From Candidatus Doudnabacteria bacterium (lineage in GTDB: Bacteria; Patescibacteriota; Doudnabacteria; UBA920), in contig JBBRWU010000001.1 of the NCBI GenBank assembly GCA_038249015.1, positions 1-41,945 on the forward strand: a stretch of 41,945 bases of DNA, written 5' to 3'. Numbering within the stretch: position 1 is the stretch's first letter; the number at the start of each line of letters is the position of its first letter. The notes under the pieces were generated by a model. It saw only the letters and a program-made list of their open reading frames with translations. It had not been told where the DNA came from and made no database searches. Position numbers and translations under genes: made by a program. Positions 8,059 through 16,410 of the stretch are shown here, in pieces.

Positions 8059-9205
8059 AAATGTACATATATAGCAAACTGTACACCGCTGCTAATATAA
8101 ATAATACCACAAAGCTTCCGGTGAGGCTAAAAAGCAGAGCACCGAGTAAACAGGCCGAAAGTTTGCCAATGGCCAGGCTTTGCTCAAAAAATACGGCATA
8201 AGGCACAATGTGTGTGGACTCGGCACGAATATAGGTAAGGGTGGATAGCGGGATAAATAAGGTTTCTTTGGCGCCTTTGGAAAAAGCATCGAAAGCAAAA
8301 GCTGTCACAAAAGTAGTGGCAAAAATTCTGCCAAGCCAAAAAACCGAAGAAAAAAACGCGCCGATTTTAATTAACACTCTTTTAGTATACTGGTCGGAAA
8401 TTTTTCCCAAAAAAAGCGCTAATATTGCCGCCACAAAACTGGACGAGGCCGACAGAAGCCCGGTGTCTTTATAATCTTTTGCCACCAAAAAAATAAAAAT
8501 CGGCCAAATAGTCCACGCCAATAATTCCTCCCCAAAACCCACGTATCCCAAAAACTTTTTGGGGTAATCAAAATAAAGCCTTAAGGTGTCTTTAAAATTG
8601 TAAACTTTGGGAATAAAAATTTCTTTAGCTAAAAGTAAAGGCACAATACTGGCGCAATAAATTACCGCGGCCAATAAAAAGGCGGCGGCAATACCGAAAT
8701 ACTGCGACAAAATTCCGCCGACCAACGGTCCGCCAATTTGAGCAATACTGTTTATGGCATAGGCCATGCCAAATTCCCTGCCTACCTGTTGGTTCTGCGA
8801 ATACCGAGCAATTACGGAATGAAACCCCGGCCAATAAAAAGATTTTTGCAAACCAAAAACCACAGCAGCCAAAAAGGCGGCATTGGGATGAGAGGTGGAA
8901 GCCAATAGCGCCAACCAGAAAAAAATCTGGAATGGCACAGACAAAGCAATGCAGTGACGGTAACCATAAATACTGGCGAACTTTCCGCCAAACGGAATAA
9001 AAATAATATAGACCGCGTAAACTACGGCCATAAACATTAATATTTTTGGAATGCTAAAATGTAAAACCGTATACAAAAAAATCGGCTCAAATAAGGTAAT
9101 TATTGAGAGAGCGAAGTTAGAAATAGCCGAAGAAGCATAAAGCTGCCCCATTTCCCGGCGAATATTTTTGGAAAAATAATGTGGTAAATGAAAATTTAAA
9201 AACAT
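8057..9205 (-). CDS. MFS-type transporter
   Basis: 382 aa with about 10-12 TM helices. The pattern is MFS-like but no substrate can be assigned. Confidence 0.7.
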   Translation of the reverse strand: MFLNFHLPHYFSKNIRREMGQLYASSAISNFALSIITLFEPIFLYTVLHFSIPKILMFMAVVYAVYIIFIPFGGKFASIYGYRHCIALSVPFQIFFWLALLASTSHPNAAFLAAVVFGLQKSFYWPGFHSVIARYSQNQQVGREFGMAYAINSIAQIGGPLVGGILSQYFGIAAAFLLAAVIYCASIVPLLLAKEIFIPKVYNFKDTLRLYFDYPKKFLGYVGFGEELLAWTIWPIFIFLVAKDYKDTGLLSASSSFVAAILALFLGKISDQYTKRVLIKIGAFFSSVFWLGRIFATTFVTAFAFDAFSKGAKETLFIPLSTLTYIRAESTHIVPYAVFFEQSLAIGKLSACLLGALLFSLTGSFVVLFILAAVYSLLYMYI

Positions 9206-9236
9206 AGACTAGCTTATAGCTATTAGGTTTTAGCTT

Positions 9237-9605
9237 TTAGGAATTCAGGTTTTGGATCATTTTATTAAGCATCTTCATGACTTCTGTTAACAACGAAGTT
9301 ATCGATTTAAAATCAATCTCGGCAATAAATTTAAGTCTCTTGGCTATTTCTAATTGAGTTTCTAATTCGGCTCCTGAAGCAAATGCAATTATTAGAAATT
9401 GGCGAAAATCTTTTCTTGTTCCCCTTAGCCTGCCTTCAGCAATATTTGATGGTATAGAAACAGAACACCTTCTGCTTTGAGAAATTAATCCGTAGACTTC
9501 ACTTTTGGGATAATTGTCGGTCAAACGGTACAGTAAAACAACTAAATCCATAGCTTTTTGCCAAACAACCAAATCCCGATAAGATTGTATACTTTGTGTT
9601 TCCAT
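9237..9605 (-). CDS. Four-helix-bundle protein of the 23S rRNA intervening-sequence / Avd-like family
   Basis: 122 aa. YRDLVVWQKAMDLVVLLYRLTDNYPKSEVYGLISQSRRCSVSIPSNIAEG is the characteristic signature of this family. Confidence 0.8.
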   Translation of the reverse strand: METQSIQSYRDLVVWQKAMDLVVLLYRLTDNYPKSEVYGLISQSRRCSVSIPSNIAEGRLRGTRKDFRQFLIIAFASGAELETQLEIAKRLKFIAEIDFKSITSLLTEVMKMLNKMIQNLNS

Positions 9606-9620
9606 TGTTTTCCCTACAAG

Positions 9621-10364
9621 CTATAAGCTAAAACCTAAAAGCTTTCTTATTTGCTTTTCCGATATTGGACCTTGTCTCAGAATAGTTAAATCTTTACCTT
9701 CAATTTTAACCAAAGTTGAAGGCTTTCTTTTTAATAATTTTCCGGCGTTGATAATAATGTCGGGGCGGTATTTTTGCTTTTTAAATTGCTCAATAACCTC
9801 GTCCGCCGAATAACAATCAGCCTGACCTGAAACATTTGCACTGGTTGCCGTAATCGGATACTTTAAAATTTTTGCCAAATCTAAAGCAATATCATTCTTT
9901 GGCATTCTTAAACCAATCCAGCCTGTACTTGCCGATAATGTTTTTATTGTTTGCCGTAGAGGCTGCGCTTGCGCGCCCGTTTTTGATTGCGGGCGGCTTC
10001 CCCCTTCTCCGCCTAGGCGGATACGGAGGACAGGAAAGCTCGCCCCTACACCCTTAGCCCTTTGCCCCAATACCAACGTCAGCACTCCCGGCCACCATCG
10101 CTTGGCCAGCTTGGATGCGATTTTGCCCCATCGCACAATCTTTTTAGCATAAGCAACACTAGGCACCACAATTGAACTGGGCTTGTTAAAATTTCTACCT
10201 TTGATTTTATACAACTTTTTTATTGCGCTAATATTGCTCGCATCCACAGCCAAACCATAACTTGTATCTGTTTGGTATGCCAACACCTTCCCCTGCTTTA
10301 GTGCCAACACGCAGGCGTGGATAATTTTTTTATGGTATTTTTTTTGATAGTCAAGAATAATCAT
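9621..10364 (-). CDS. tsaC: L-threonylcarbamoyladenylate synthase (YrdC/Sua5 domain) with an internal GC-rich insertion
   Basis: Carries QTDTSYGL, KGRNFNKP, WPGVLTLVL and ATSANVSG. A segment of about 35-45 aa (GASFPVLRIRLGGEGGSRPQSKTGAQAQPLRQ) is encoded by a GC-rich palindrome-bearing block at about 9955-10055. Confidence 0.85.
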   Translation of the reverse strand: MIILDYQKKYHKKIIHACVLALKQGKVLAYQTDTSYGLAVDASNISAIKKLYKIKGRNFNKPSSIVVPSVAYAKKIVRWGKIASKLAKRWWPGVLTLVLGQRAKGVGASFPVLRIRLGGEGGSRPQSKTGAQAQPLRQTIKTLSASTGWIGLRMPKNDIALDLAKILKYPITATSANVSGQADCYSADEVIEQFKKQKYRPDIIINAGKLLKRKPSTLVKIEGKDLTILRQGPISEKQIRKLLGFSL

Positions 10365-10450
10365 AAATATCTTTACGGGGGTACGGATAACACATACGGA
10401 TATACGGAAAGAGAACGATATTCTACTTAAACCTTCCGTATTCCGTAAAA

Positions 10451-13400
10451 TTAAATTACTAAGTTCATTAATCTATTAGGCACAAAAACCACACGCTTAA
10501 TTGTTTCGCCAACCAAAGCCTGCTTTACAACCTCCATGACCACAACTTGAGCCTGCACCACTTCTTGGGAACTCCCGGCCGGCACGGTAATTTTTCCTTT
10601 AACTTTTCCGTTAATTTGGAAAACAATCTCCACAGTTGAGCTCACTGTCAAAGCCGGATCAAAAATTGGCCAACTAGTCTGCTGTAAAGATTTGATTTTC
10701 CGATTTTGCGATTTTCCGACAATCTGATGTAGTTCCTCCGAAATATGCGGGGCAAAAGGATGCAGTAAGATTAAAAATTGAGTGATAGATTCCAGGGTAA
10801 TAAACTCGTCCTTTATTTCATTATGAAATTCCATAAACGCCGAAATGGACGTATTGAATCTAAAATTTTCAATATCTTCAGTAATTTTTTTAATTAGTTT
10901 GTGCATTGCTCTCTGCACCTTCTCCGTGTCTTTTATTTCCGGCTTCCGATTTTCTGATTTTCTGATTTTCTGATGAGGTGCTTCCACAATTTCATTTACC
11001 CACGTCCACACCCTGTCTAAAAACCGCTTTACTCCCACTACACCCTTGTCATTCCAAGAGACCGTGGCTTCGTGGGGGCCTAAAAATAATTCATACATCC
11101 TTAATGTGTCAGCGCCGTGGCTCTTAACCACTTCATCAGGATTAACCACATTACCCCGGCTCTTGGACATTTTCTCCCCGTCAGGGCCTAAAATAATACC
11201 ATGTGGATGGCGTTTAGTGTAAGGCTCCTTTGATGATACCAAACCTTGGTCATACAAAAATAAATTCCAAAACCGGCTATAAAGCAAATGCAAAGTGGTG
11301 TGCTCCATCCCGCCGAAATAAATATCTACCGGTTGCCAGTATTTTAACTTCTTCATGTCGGCAAACTTTTGTTTATTCTTGGAGTCGGCGTATCTGAGCC
11401 AATACCAAGAACTGCCGGCCCATTGAGGCATGGTATTGGTTTCGCGCCAAGCGGTTTTTTTACATTTTGGACAAGTGGTTTTTAACCATTTTTTAATATT
11501 TGCCAAGGGCGATTCGCCCGTGCCGGTTGGTTCGTATTTTTTTACCTTTGGCAACATTACCGGCAAATCCTTTTCCGGGACCGGGACAATTCCGCAATCT
11601 TCACAGTGAATAAGCGGAATCGGCTCGCCCCAATAACGCTGGCGGGAAAATACCCAATCACGAAGTTTGTACTGCACTGTTAATTTGCCAAACTCCTCGC
11701 CCATTTTTATAATTGCTTCGACGGTTTTTAGCCCGTTAAATTTATCGGAATTTATTACTAACCCATAATCAACGAATGCTACGCTTTTAGTTTTTTTAAA
11801 AACGAAAAGTATGTCCTGGAAACCATCATCATTAAATCCTTTTTCCATATAATCTACAATTTCAAAACCTAAACTCTTTAACTCTTCTTCCACTTCATTT
11901 TTCTTCCAAAATTTAAAGTACCTTAAACTTTCCATCTTTGGATCTTTGACAAAATGTTCAGTGGCTTTTTTGTAATCCATTAAACTCAGGGCAAAGATAC
12001 CATTGTCTCTTAAGCCTAAATTAATCTTAGCCACTACCAATTTAAATTGCTCACGATTAAAATGCAATAAAACCTTATTTGCAAAAATTAAATCATATGA
12101 ATTAAGATCTATTTTGTCAGTGAACGCATTTAATTTTTTAATTTCTTTACCTAAACCTTTTTGGTAACTAATAAAGCTTTCCGCTGCATCAGTCCTCTCA
12201 ACTTTATAACCACGGCTTTCGATATAGTCAGAGTCCAAGCCCCTACCACTGCCCAATTCCAAAATTTTATCTGTTTTCTTTATTTTTTTTAAAAAATCAT
12301 CTACCCATTGTTTAAAGACACCATCAACCCCTCGGGTAGTTCTTTGAATATATTTATCCGCATGGTCTTCATAGGTTTTTAAAGTTATAGTGTTTTTTTC
12401 ATCGATGTTAACTACCGGGTATACTACTTGCTTAATCGGTAAATTATATCTGGTAGCAAACTCAAAGTCGCGCTCATCGTGAGCCGGCACTGCCATAATC
12501 GCTCCGGTGCCGTAATGACCTAAAACATAATCAGCTACCCACACGGTAACCTCTTCTTTGGTTGCAGGGTTAATAGCAAACAAACCTTTTAATTTTACTC
12601 CGGTTTTTTCCTTGCCTTCCGCGGTTCTTTCCATTTCCGCCTTCCCCTTTGCCTTTTCTATGTATTTCTTCACCTCGTCATAATTCGTAATTCTTGATTC
12701 ATAATTCTGAATCAGCGGATGTTCCGGCGCCACCACCATATAAGTCGCGCCGAAAATGGTATCAGGTCTGGTGGTAAAAACTTTAATCGATGGCGCGCAA
12801 TTTTCCAATAAAAAAGGTTCTTCATTACCATCAAAATGCGATTTAGTTGCGACCTGTTTTAACCACAGCCCATTTAATTCTTTTGCCAAAGACTGCCCGT
12901 CAGCTAAAGGAACGACATGGTCGGTCTCATCAGATATAGAAATAAAATTTTGTGCTTGAGCTTTAATTTTTTTGAAGTCAAAGCCTCTCTGAATTGCTTC
13001 TACCACACTTTTACGTGCTTTGCCGTCAGAAAACCTGCCAAGATACGGAGTAGATGCCAATATTACTTTATTTACTTTAATTCCTTGTTCCAACAAACGT
13101 AATGCTACAATCCCCCCAAAAGAATGACCTAAAATAACTGTTGATTCATCGAGCTTACAATTTTTCTTTACAAAATCAACTTGTTCTAAATCGCTCGGCT
13201 CATCGCCACCCGGCATTGCCGGTACCTGAACTTCGTATCCCAGTTTTTCCAACTTATTTTTTAACCAAGGTAAAAATGATTCTTCGGGTGAACTACCGCG
13301 TCCATGCAATAGCACAAACCTCTTAACACTCGGTTGATGTATGCCAAATTTAATTTCCGCGCCCGTGCTTTTACCAATCCAGTTTGCCTGTTGGAGTTTA

Positions 13401-14047
13401 ACGGCCCCCGGCCACTCGGGCAAGTTTTTCAAACCTTCCAATAATTTTTCCGCGTAAGCGGTTATCCGCAAATACCACTGGCGCAATTCTTTTTTCTGTA
13501 CGGCAGTACCGCAACGTTCACATTTACCGTCAATGACTTCTTCATTGGCCAGCCCGGTTTTATCTTTGGGGCACCAATTAATAAGTCCCGTGGCTTCGTA
13601 TGCCAAACCTTTTTTGTAAAATTGCAAAAATAACCACTGCGTCCATTTGTAGTATTCCGGATCCGTGGTGTTAATTTCCCGGTTCCAATCAAAACTCAAG
13701 CCCCAACTCTGAATTTGCCTTTTGGCATTTTTAATATTTGAGGCAGTGGTAATGGAAGGATGTACCCCCATTTTTATGGCATAATTTTCCGCCGGCAACC
13801 CAAAAGCGTCCCAGCCCATGGGGAAAAGTGTTTCAAAACCCTTCATCCGGTTAAACCGGGCCACAACGTCTCCCGCCACATACGGACGCAAATGGCCCAT
13901 ATGCAAACCGGCGCCTGAAGGATAAGGAAATTCCACCAGGATGTATTTTTTTTGCTTCTTGGAATTATCGATTGCGGAAAAAATTTTATTCTCTTCCCAA
14001 AATTTTTGCCATTTTAATTCAGTTTTTTGAGGATTGTACTTTTGCAT
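10451..14047 (-). CDS. leuS: Leucyl-tRNA synthetase carrying two inserted enzyme domains (1198 aa)
   Basis: Contains HIGH (HMGH, aa 49-52), KMSKS (aa 959-963), the CP1 editing motifs TTRPDT and GTGAIMAVPAHDERD, and RDWVFSRQRYWGEPIP. Extra domains lie at aa about 238-418 (GHSFGG hydrolase) and about 545-757 (ELGSGRG methyltransferase). Confidence 0.95.
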   Translation of the reverse strand: MQKYNPQKTELKWQKFWEENKIFSAIDNSKKQKKYILVEFPYPSGAGLHMGHLRPYVAGDVVARFNRMKGFETLFPMGWDAFGLPAENYAIKMGVHPSITTASNIKNAKRQIQSWGLSFDWNREINTTDPEYYKWTQWLFLQFYKKGLAYEATGLINWCPKDKTGLANEEVIDGKCERCGTAVQKKELRQWYLRITAYAEKLLEGLKNLPEWPGAVKLQQANWIGKSTGAEIKFGIHQPSVKRFVLLHGRGSSPEESFLPWLKNKLEKLGYEVQVPAMPGGDEPSDLEQVDFVKKNCKLDESTVILGHSFGGIVALRLLEQGIKVNKVILASTPYLGRFSDGKARKSVVEAIQRGFDFKKIKAQAQNFISISDETDHVVPLADGQSLAKELNGLWLKQVATKSHFDGNEEPFLLENCAPSIKVFTTRPDTIFGATYMVVAPEHPLIQNYESRITNYDEVKKYIEKAKGKAEMERTAEGKEKTGVKLKGLFAINPATKEEVTVWVADYVLGHYGTGAIMAVPAHDERDFEFATRYNLPIKQVVYPVVNIDEKNTITLKTYEDHADKYIQRTTRGVDGVFKQWVDDFLKKIKKTDKILELGSGRGLDSDYIESRGYKVERTDAAESFISYQKGLGKEIKKLNAFTDKIDLNSYDLIFANKVLLHFNREQFKLVVAKINLGLRDNGIFALSLMDYKKATEHFVKDPKMESLRYFKFWKKNEVEEELKSLGFEIVDYMEKGFNDDGFQDILFVFKKTKSVAFVDYGLVINSDKFNGLKTVEAIIKMGEEFGKLTVQYKLRDWVFSRQRYWGEPIPLIHCEDCGIVPVPEKDLPVMLPKVKKYEPTGTGESPLANIKKWLKTTCPKCKKTAWRETNTMPQWAGSSWYWLRYADSKNKQKFADMKKLKYWQPVDIYFGGMEHTTLHLLYSRFWNLFLYDQGLVSSKEPYTKRHPHGIILGPDGEKMSKSRGNVVNPDEVVKSHGADTLRMYELFLGPHEATVSWNDKGVVGVKRFLDRVWTWVNEIVEAPHQKIRKSENRKPEIKDTEKVQRAMHKLIKKITEDIENFRFNTSISAFMEFHNEIKDEFITLESITQFLILLHPFAPHISEELHQIVGKSQNRKIKSLQQTSWPIFDPALTVSSTVEIVFQINGKVKGKITVPAGSSQEVVQAQVVVMEVVKQALVGETIKRVVFVPNRLMNLVI

Positions 14048-14062
14048 ATGTTTATTGATTAT

Positions 14063-14317
14063 TGTAGTCTGCCGATTTATCGGCCTTTAATCATATCTGC
14101 TTGGCCTGATAAATCAGGCGACTACATTATACGTTTTATTTAGTTATGGTAGTTTGCCGATTTATCGGCTCTTAAAAGCATTTACTTTTCAGCCTGATGA
14201 ATCAGGCAACTACGCAATACATTTATTGATTATTATGATCTACCTGATTATCGGCCTGATGAATCAGGCAACTACAGTATAACTTAATTGATTATTGTAG
14301 TCTGCCGATTTATCGGC
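14063..14317. repeat. Array of REP hairpin units (at least 7 copies in alternating orientation)
   Basis: tgtagtctgccgatttatcggc (14063-14085), gcctgataaatcaggcgactaca (14104-14126), ggtagtttgccgatttatcggc (14148-14169), gcctgatgaatcaggcaactac (14192-14213), further copies at 14237-14276, and tgtagtctgccgatttatcggc (14296-14317). Confidence 0.85.
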
Positions 14318-14730
14318 TATTTATAGAATTGTTCAAATTTAATAATTTCTTCCTGTGGATTATTAATTACATACTGTCTAATTTTTTCCAAAGCTTTCTC
14401 ATTTCTAACCACATGCTCATAATAATTTGGTTGCCAAACAAACATCTGAAATTTATGTGACACCTTAGCTTTAAACCTTCTCACAACTTCTCCGAGACCG
14501 AATGAACATTGTCTTAAAATAAATATGATATGCGCATGATTTGGCATTATTACAAAATAATCCAAACTTAAACCTAAGGTTTTATTTTTTAAATCAGTAG
14601 GTTCTGATTCAATTTCCTGCTCTCTGCCTTTAAAAATATTTTCTCTTTTGTCAGCTACCACAGTTACAAAATAATAGCCATCACTTTTGTAGTCAAACTT
14701 TTTTAGTCTGATATTTTTTATGCCTCTCAT
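14317..14730 (-). mobile_element. REP-associated tyrosine transposase (RAYT, IS200/IS605 Y1 family)
   Basis: 137 aa. YYFVTVV, MPNHAHIIF (HUH motif) and WQPNYYEHVVRNEKALEKIRQYVINNP (catalytic Tyr region) are present. REP hairpins flank the gene on both sides. Confidence 0.85.
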
Positions 14731-14736
14731 AACTTG

Positions 14737-14758
14737 GCCGATAAATCGGCAGACTACA
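14737..14758. repeat. REP unit on the other flank of the RAYT gene
   Basis: gccgataaatcggcagactaca is the inverted copy of the 14296-14317 unit. Confidence 0.8.
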
Positions 14759-14838
14759 CTTTAAATAATCTTTTCGCGTTCTCTGTAATTATTTTTTCTA
14801 TTTCATCAGCTGATAAATTTTTAATTTGTGCGCTAACA
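14758..14838 (-). pseudogene. Relic of a second TatD C-terminus
   Basis: Translates to SVSAQIKNLSADEIEKIITENAKRLFKV*, which parallels the intact TatD end AKIRELSVNEVEKITFDNARTLFKI* (about half the residues identical). It is out of frame with tatD and its stop codon lies inside the REP unit. Confidence 0.5.
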
Positions 14839-14868
14839 GATCCCTCGGATGCCTCGGGATGGCAAAAA

Positions 14869-15765
14869 TTAGATTTTAAATAAAGTACGGGCATTGTCAA
14901 AGGTTATTTTTTCTACCTCATTAACCGATAACTCTCTAATTTTTGCCACTTTTTCCGCCACGTATTTCACAAATAGGGGCTCATTTCTTTTTCCTCGCAT
15001 TGGCACGGGCGACAAGTAGGGGCAATCAGTCTCAAGCAGTATTCTATCCAATGGTGTTAGTTGCGCCAACTTTTCCATATTGCCGGTTTTATCGTCCACC
15101 TCGGCGGATGGCCGGCTATTTTGATTTTTTGGTCGGCCAAATGTAATAATGCCGTTAAACGAAACATACACGCCTAAGTCTAAAAATTTCTGCAGGACTT
15201 CGGGACTGCCGGTGTAGGAATGCAGAACAGCTTTTAGCTGGTAACTGTTAGCTTTTAGATCTGCATCCAAAATGTCCAAAATGTCCAAACATGCATCGTC
15301 CGTGCCTTTGGAAGAACGGGAATGAATTACCAAAACTTTATCCAGTTCTTTTGCCAATTGGATTTGTTTTTTAAAAGCTTCCGCTTGTTTGGCTTTAACC
15401 GATTGATGAAGACTTACATCATCCGGCAATCTATAATAGTCCAGCCCGCACTCCCCTATCCCGACTGCTTTTGAATTGGATGCTAATTTTTTATATTCTT
15501 CGTAATTAAAATCTTCTTCTCTAGTTAAAAAATGTGTCTCTTCCTCATCCACATGCTGAGAATGAGTATGCTCCGGGTGAAGGCCGACCACGGCATATAT
15601 GCCTTCACTAAATTGATTCGCCAATTCCACGGCCTCGCGCGATGTATCTATTTGAGAACCCACATTAATTACCCAAGTCCCATTGTCCAAAGCCCGTTGC
15701 AAAGTTTCCTTAGCATCGTCCTTAAAACTCCTAAAATTAACGTGTGCGTGGGTGTCAATTAACAT
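14869..15765 (-). CDS. tatD: TatD-family metal-dependent hydrolase/DNase
   Basis: Carries IDTHAHV, GECGLDYY, VIHSR, HSYTG and ETDCPYL. Confidence 0.9.
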   Translation of the reverse strand: MLIDTHAHVNFRSFKDDAKETLQRALDNGTWVINVGSQIDTSREAVELANQFSEGIYAVVGLHPEHTHSQHVDEEETHFLTREEDFNYEEYKKLASNSKAVGIGECGLDYYRLPDDVSLHQSVKAKQAEAFKKQIQLAKELDKVLVIHSRSSKGTDDACLDILDILDADLKANSYQLKAVLHSYTGSPEVLQKFLDLGVYVSFNGIITFGRPKNQNSRPSAEVDDKTGNMEKLAQLTPLDRILLETDCPYLSPVPMRGKRNEPLFVKYVAEKVAKIRELSVNEVEKITFDNARTLFKI

Positions 15766-16410
15766 TTATTTTTCAAAAATTAAATACTCTGAGCTATCTT
15801 TACCTGTATTATTTCTAACCTTAAAATGCAAGCCTAAGCTTAATAAATAATCTTGTGTTTTTATATCCGCTTCCCGATTATATTCATTCAAACGATTTAA
15901 ATCTGTTTTAGTTCTTTGGACAGGTGCTTTTGAATGAATATTATAATACTCCGGGTTTTGGTCAAATAACTGCCTTTTAATAAACCCAAACCTAATCGGA
16001 AAAACCCTGCTTTCCCCATTAACCGCCTGAACTCTAAACATCTCTTTTAAAATTTTTTCTGCTTCAAATTGTTTTTCAACCAAATACAATGGACCATTTC
16101 TACTTATAATTAAATCAAACGCATTACTTTCAAACGGCATGAGTGAAGCATTGCCTTTTACATAATTTAAACCTCTATTTTTTACTTGATTAGGTGTTTC
16201 TAAAGAAAATGAAACAAATTTTTTAGGATAACCTCTTAAATGAATGGCTTTTTCAACTGCCGCTGTTGAGGCTCCTAAATCTAAAGTTTTATTTTTGCGA
16301 AGTATGCCCTCAATAGTCAAACCCAAATCATCTAATATTTTCTTTGCTTCAGAAAATATCTTTTCATTTTCTAAGTCTAATCTATGCTGCTCTAAATATT
16401 CTCCATCCAT
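15766..16410 (-). CDS. Class I SAM-dependent methyltransferase-like protein
   Basis: LDLGASTAAVEKA resembles motif I and FDLIISRNGPLY resembles motif IV. The start is chosen at MDGEY, where the ATG overlaps the metG stop codon (TAATG). The longer track ORF would overlap metG by 82 nt. Confidence 0.6.
   Translation of the reverse strand: MDGEYLEQHRLDLENEKIFSEAKKILDDLGLTIEGILRKNKTLDLGASTAAVEKAIHLRGYPKKFVSFSLETPNQVKNRGLNYVKGNASLMPFESNAFDLIISRNGPLYLVEKQFEAEKILKEMFRVQAVNGESRVFPIRFGFIKRQLFDQNPEYYNIHSKAPVQRTKTDLNRLNEYNREADIKTQDYLLSLGLHFKVRNNTGKDSSEYLIFEK

Noticed and set aside
9237-9605. Diversity-generating retroelement
   Set aside because: An Avd-family gene is present, but there is no reverse transcriptase ORF and no template/variable repeat pair anywhere in the window.
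11777-13336. Inteins as the explanation for the extra LeuRS segments
   Set aside because: There is no Cys/Ser/Thr at an N-extein junction paired with a His-Asn plus Cys/Ser/Thr C-terminal junction, and there are no homing-endonuclease (LAGLIDADG or HNH) motifs. The segments instead carry hydrolase and methyltransferase motifs.
14063-14317. CRISPR array
   Set aside because: The repeats are hairpin-forming REP units in alternating orientation with irregular short spacers next to a RAYT gene, and no cas genes are present. The 8-nt tandem repeats in leuS are likewise far too short.
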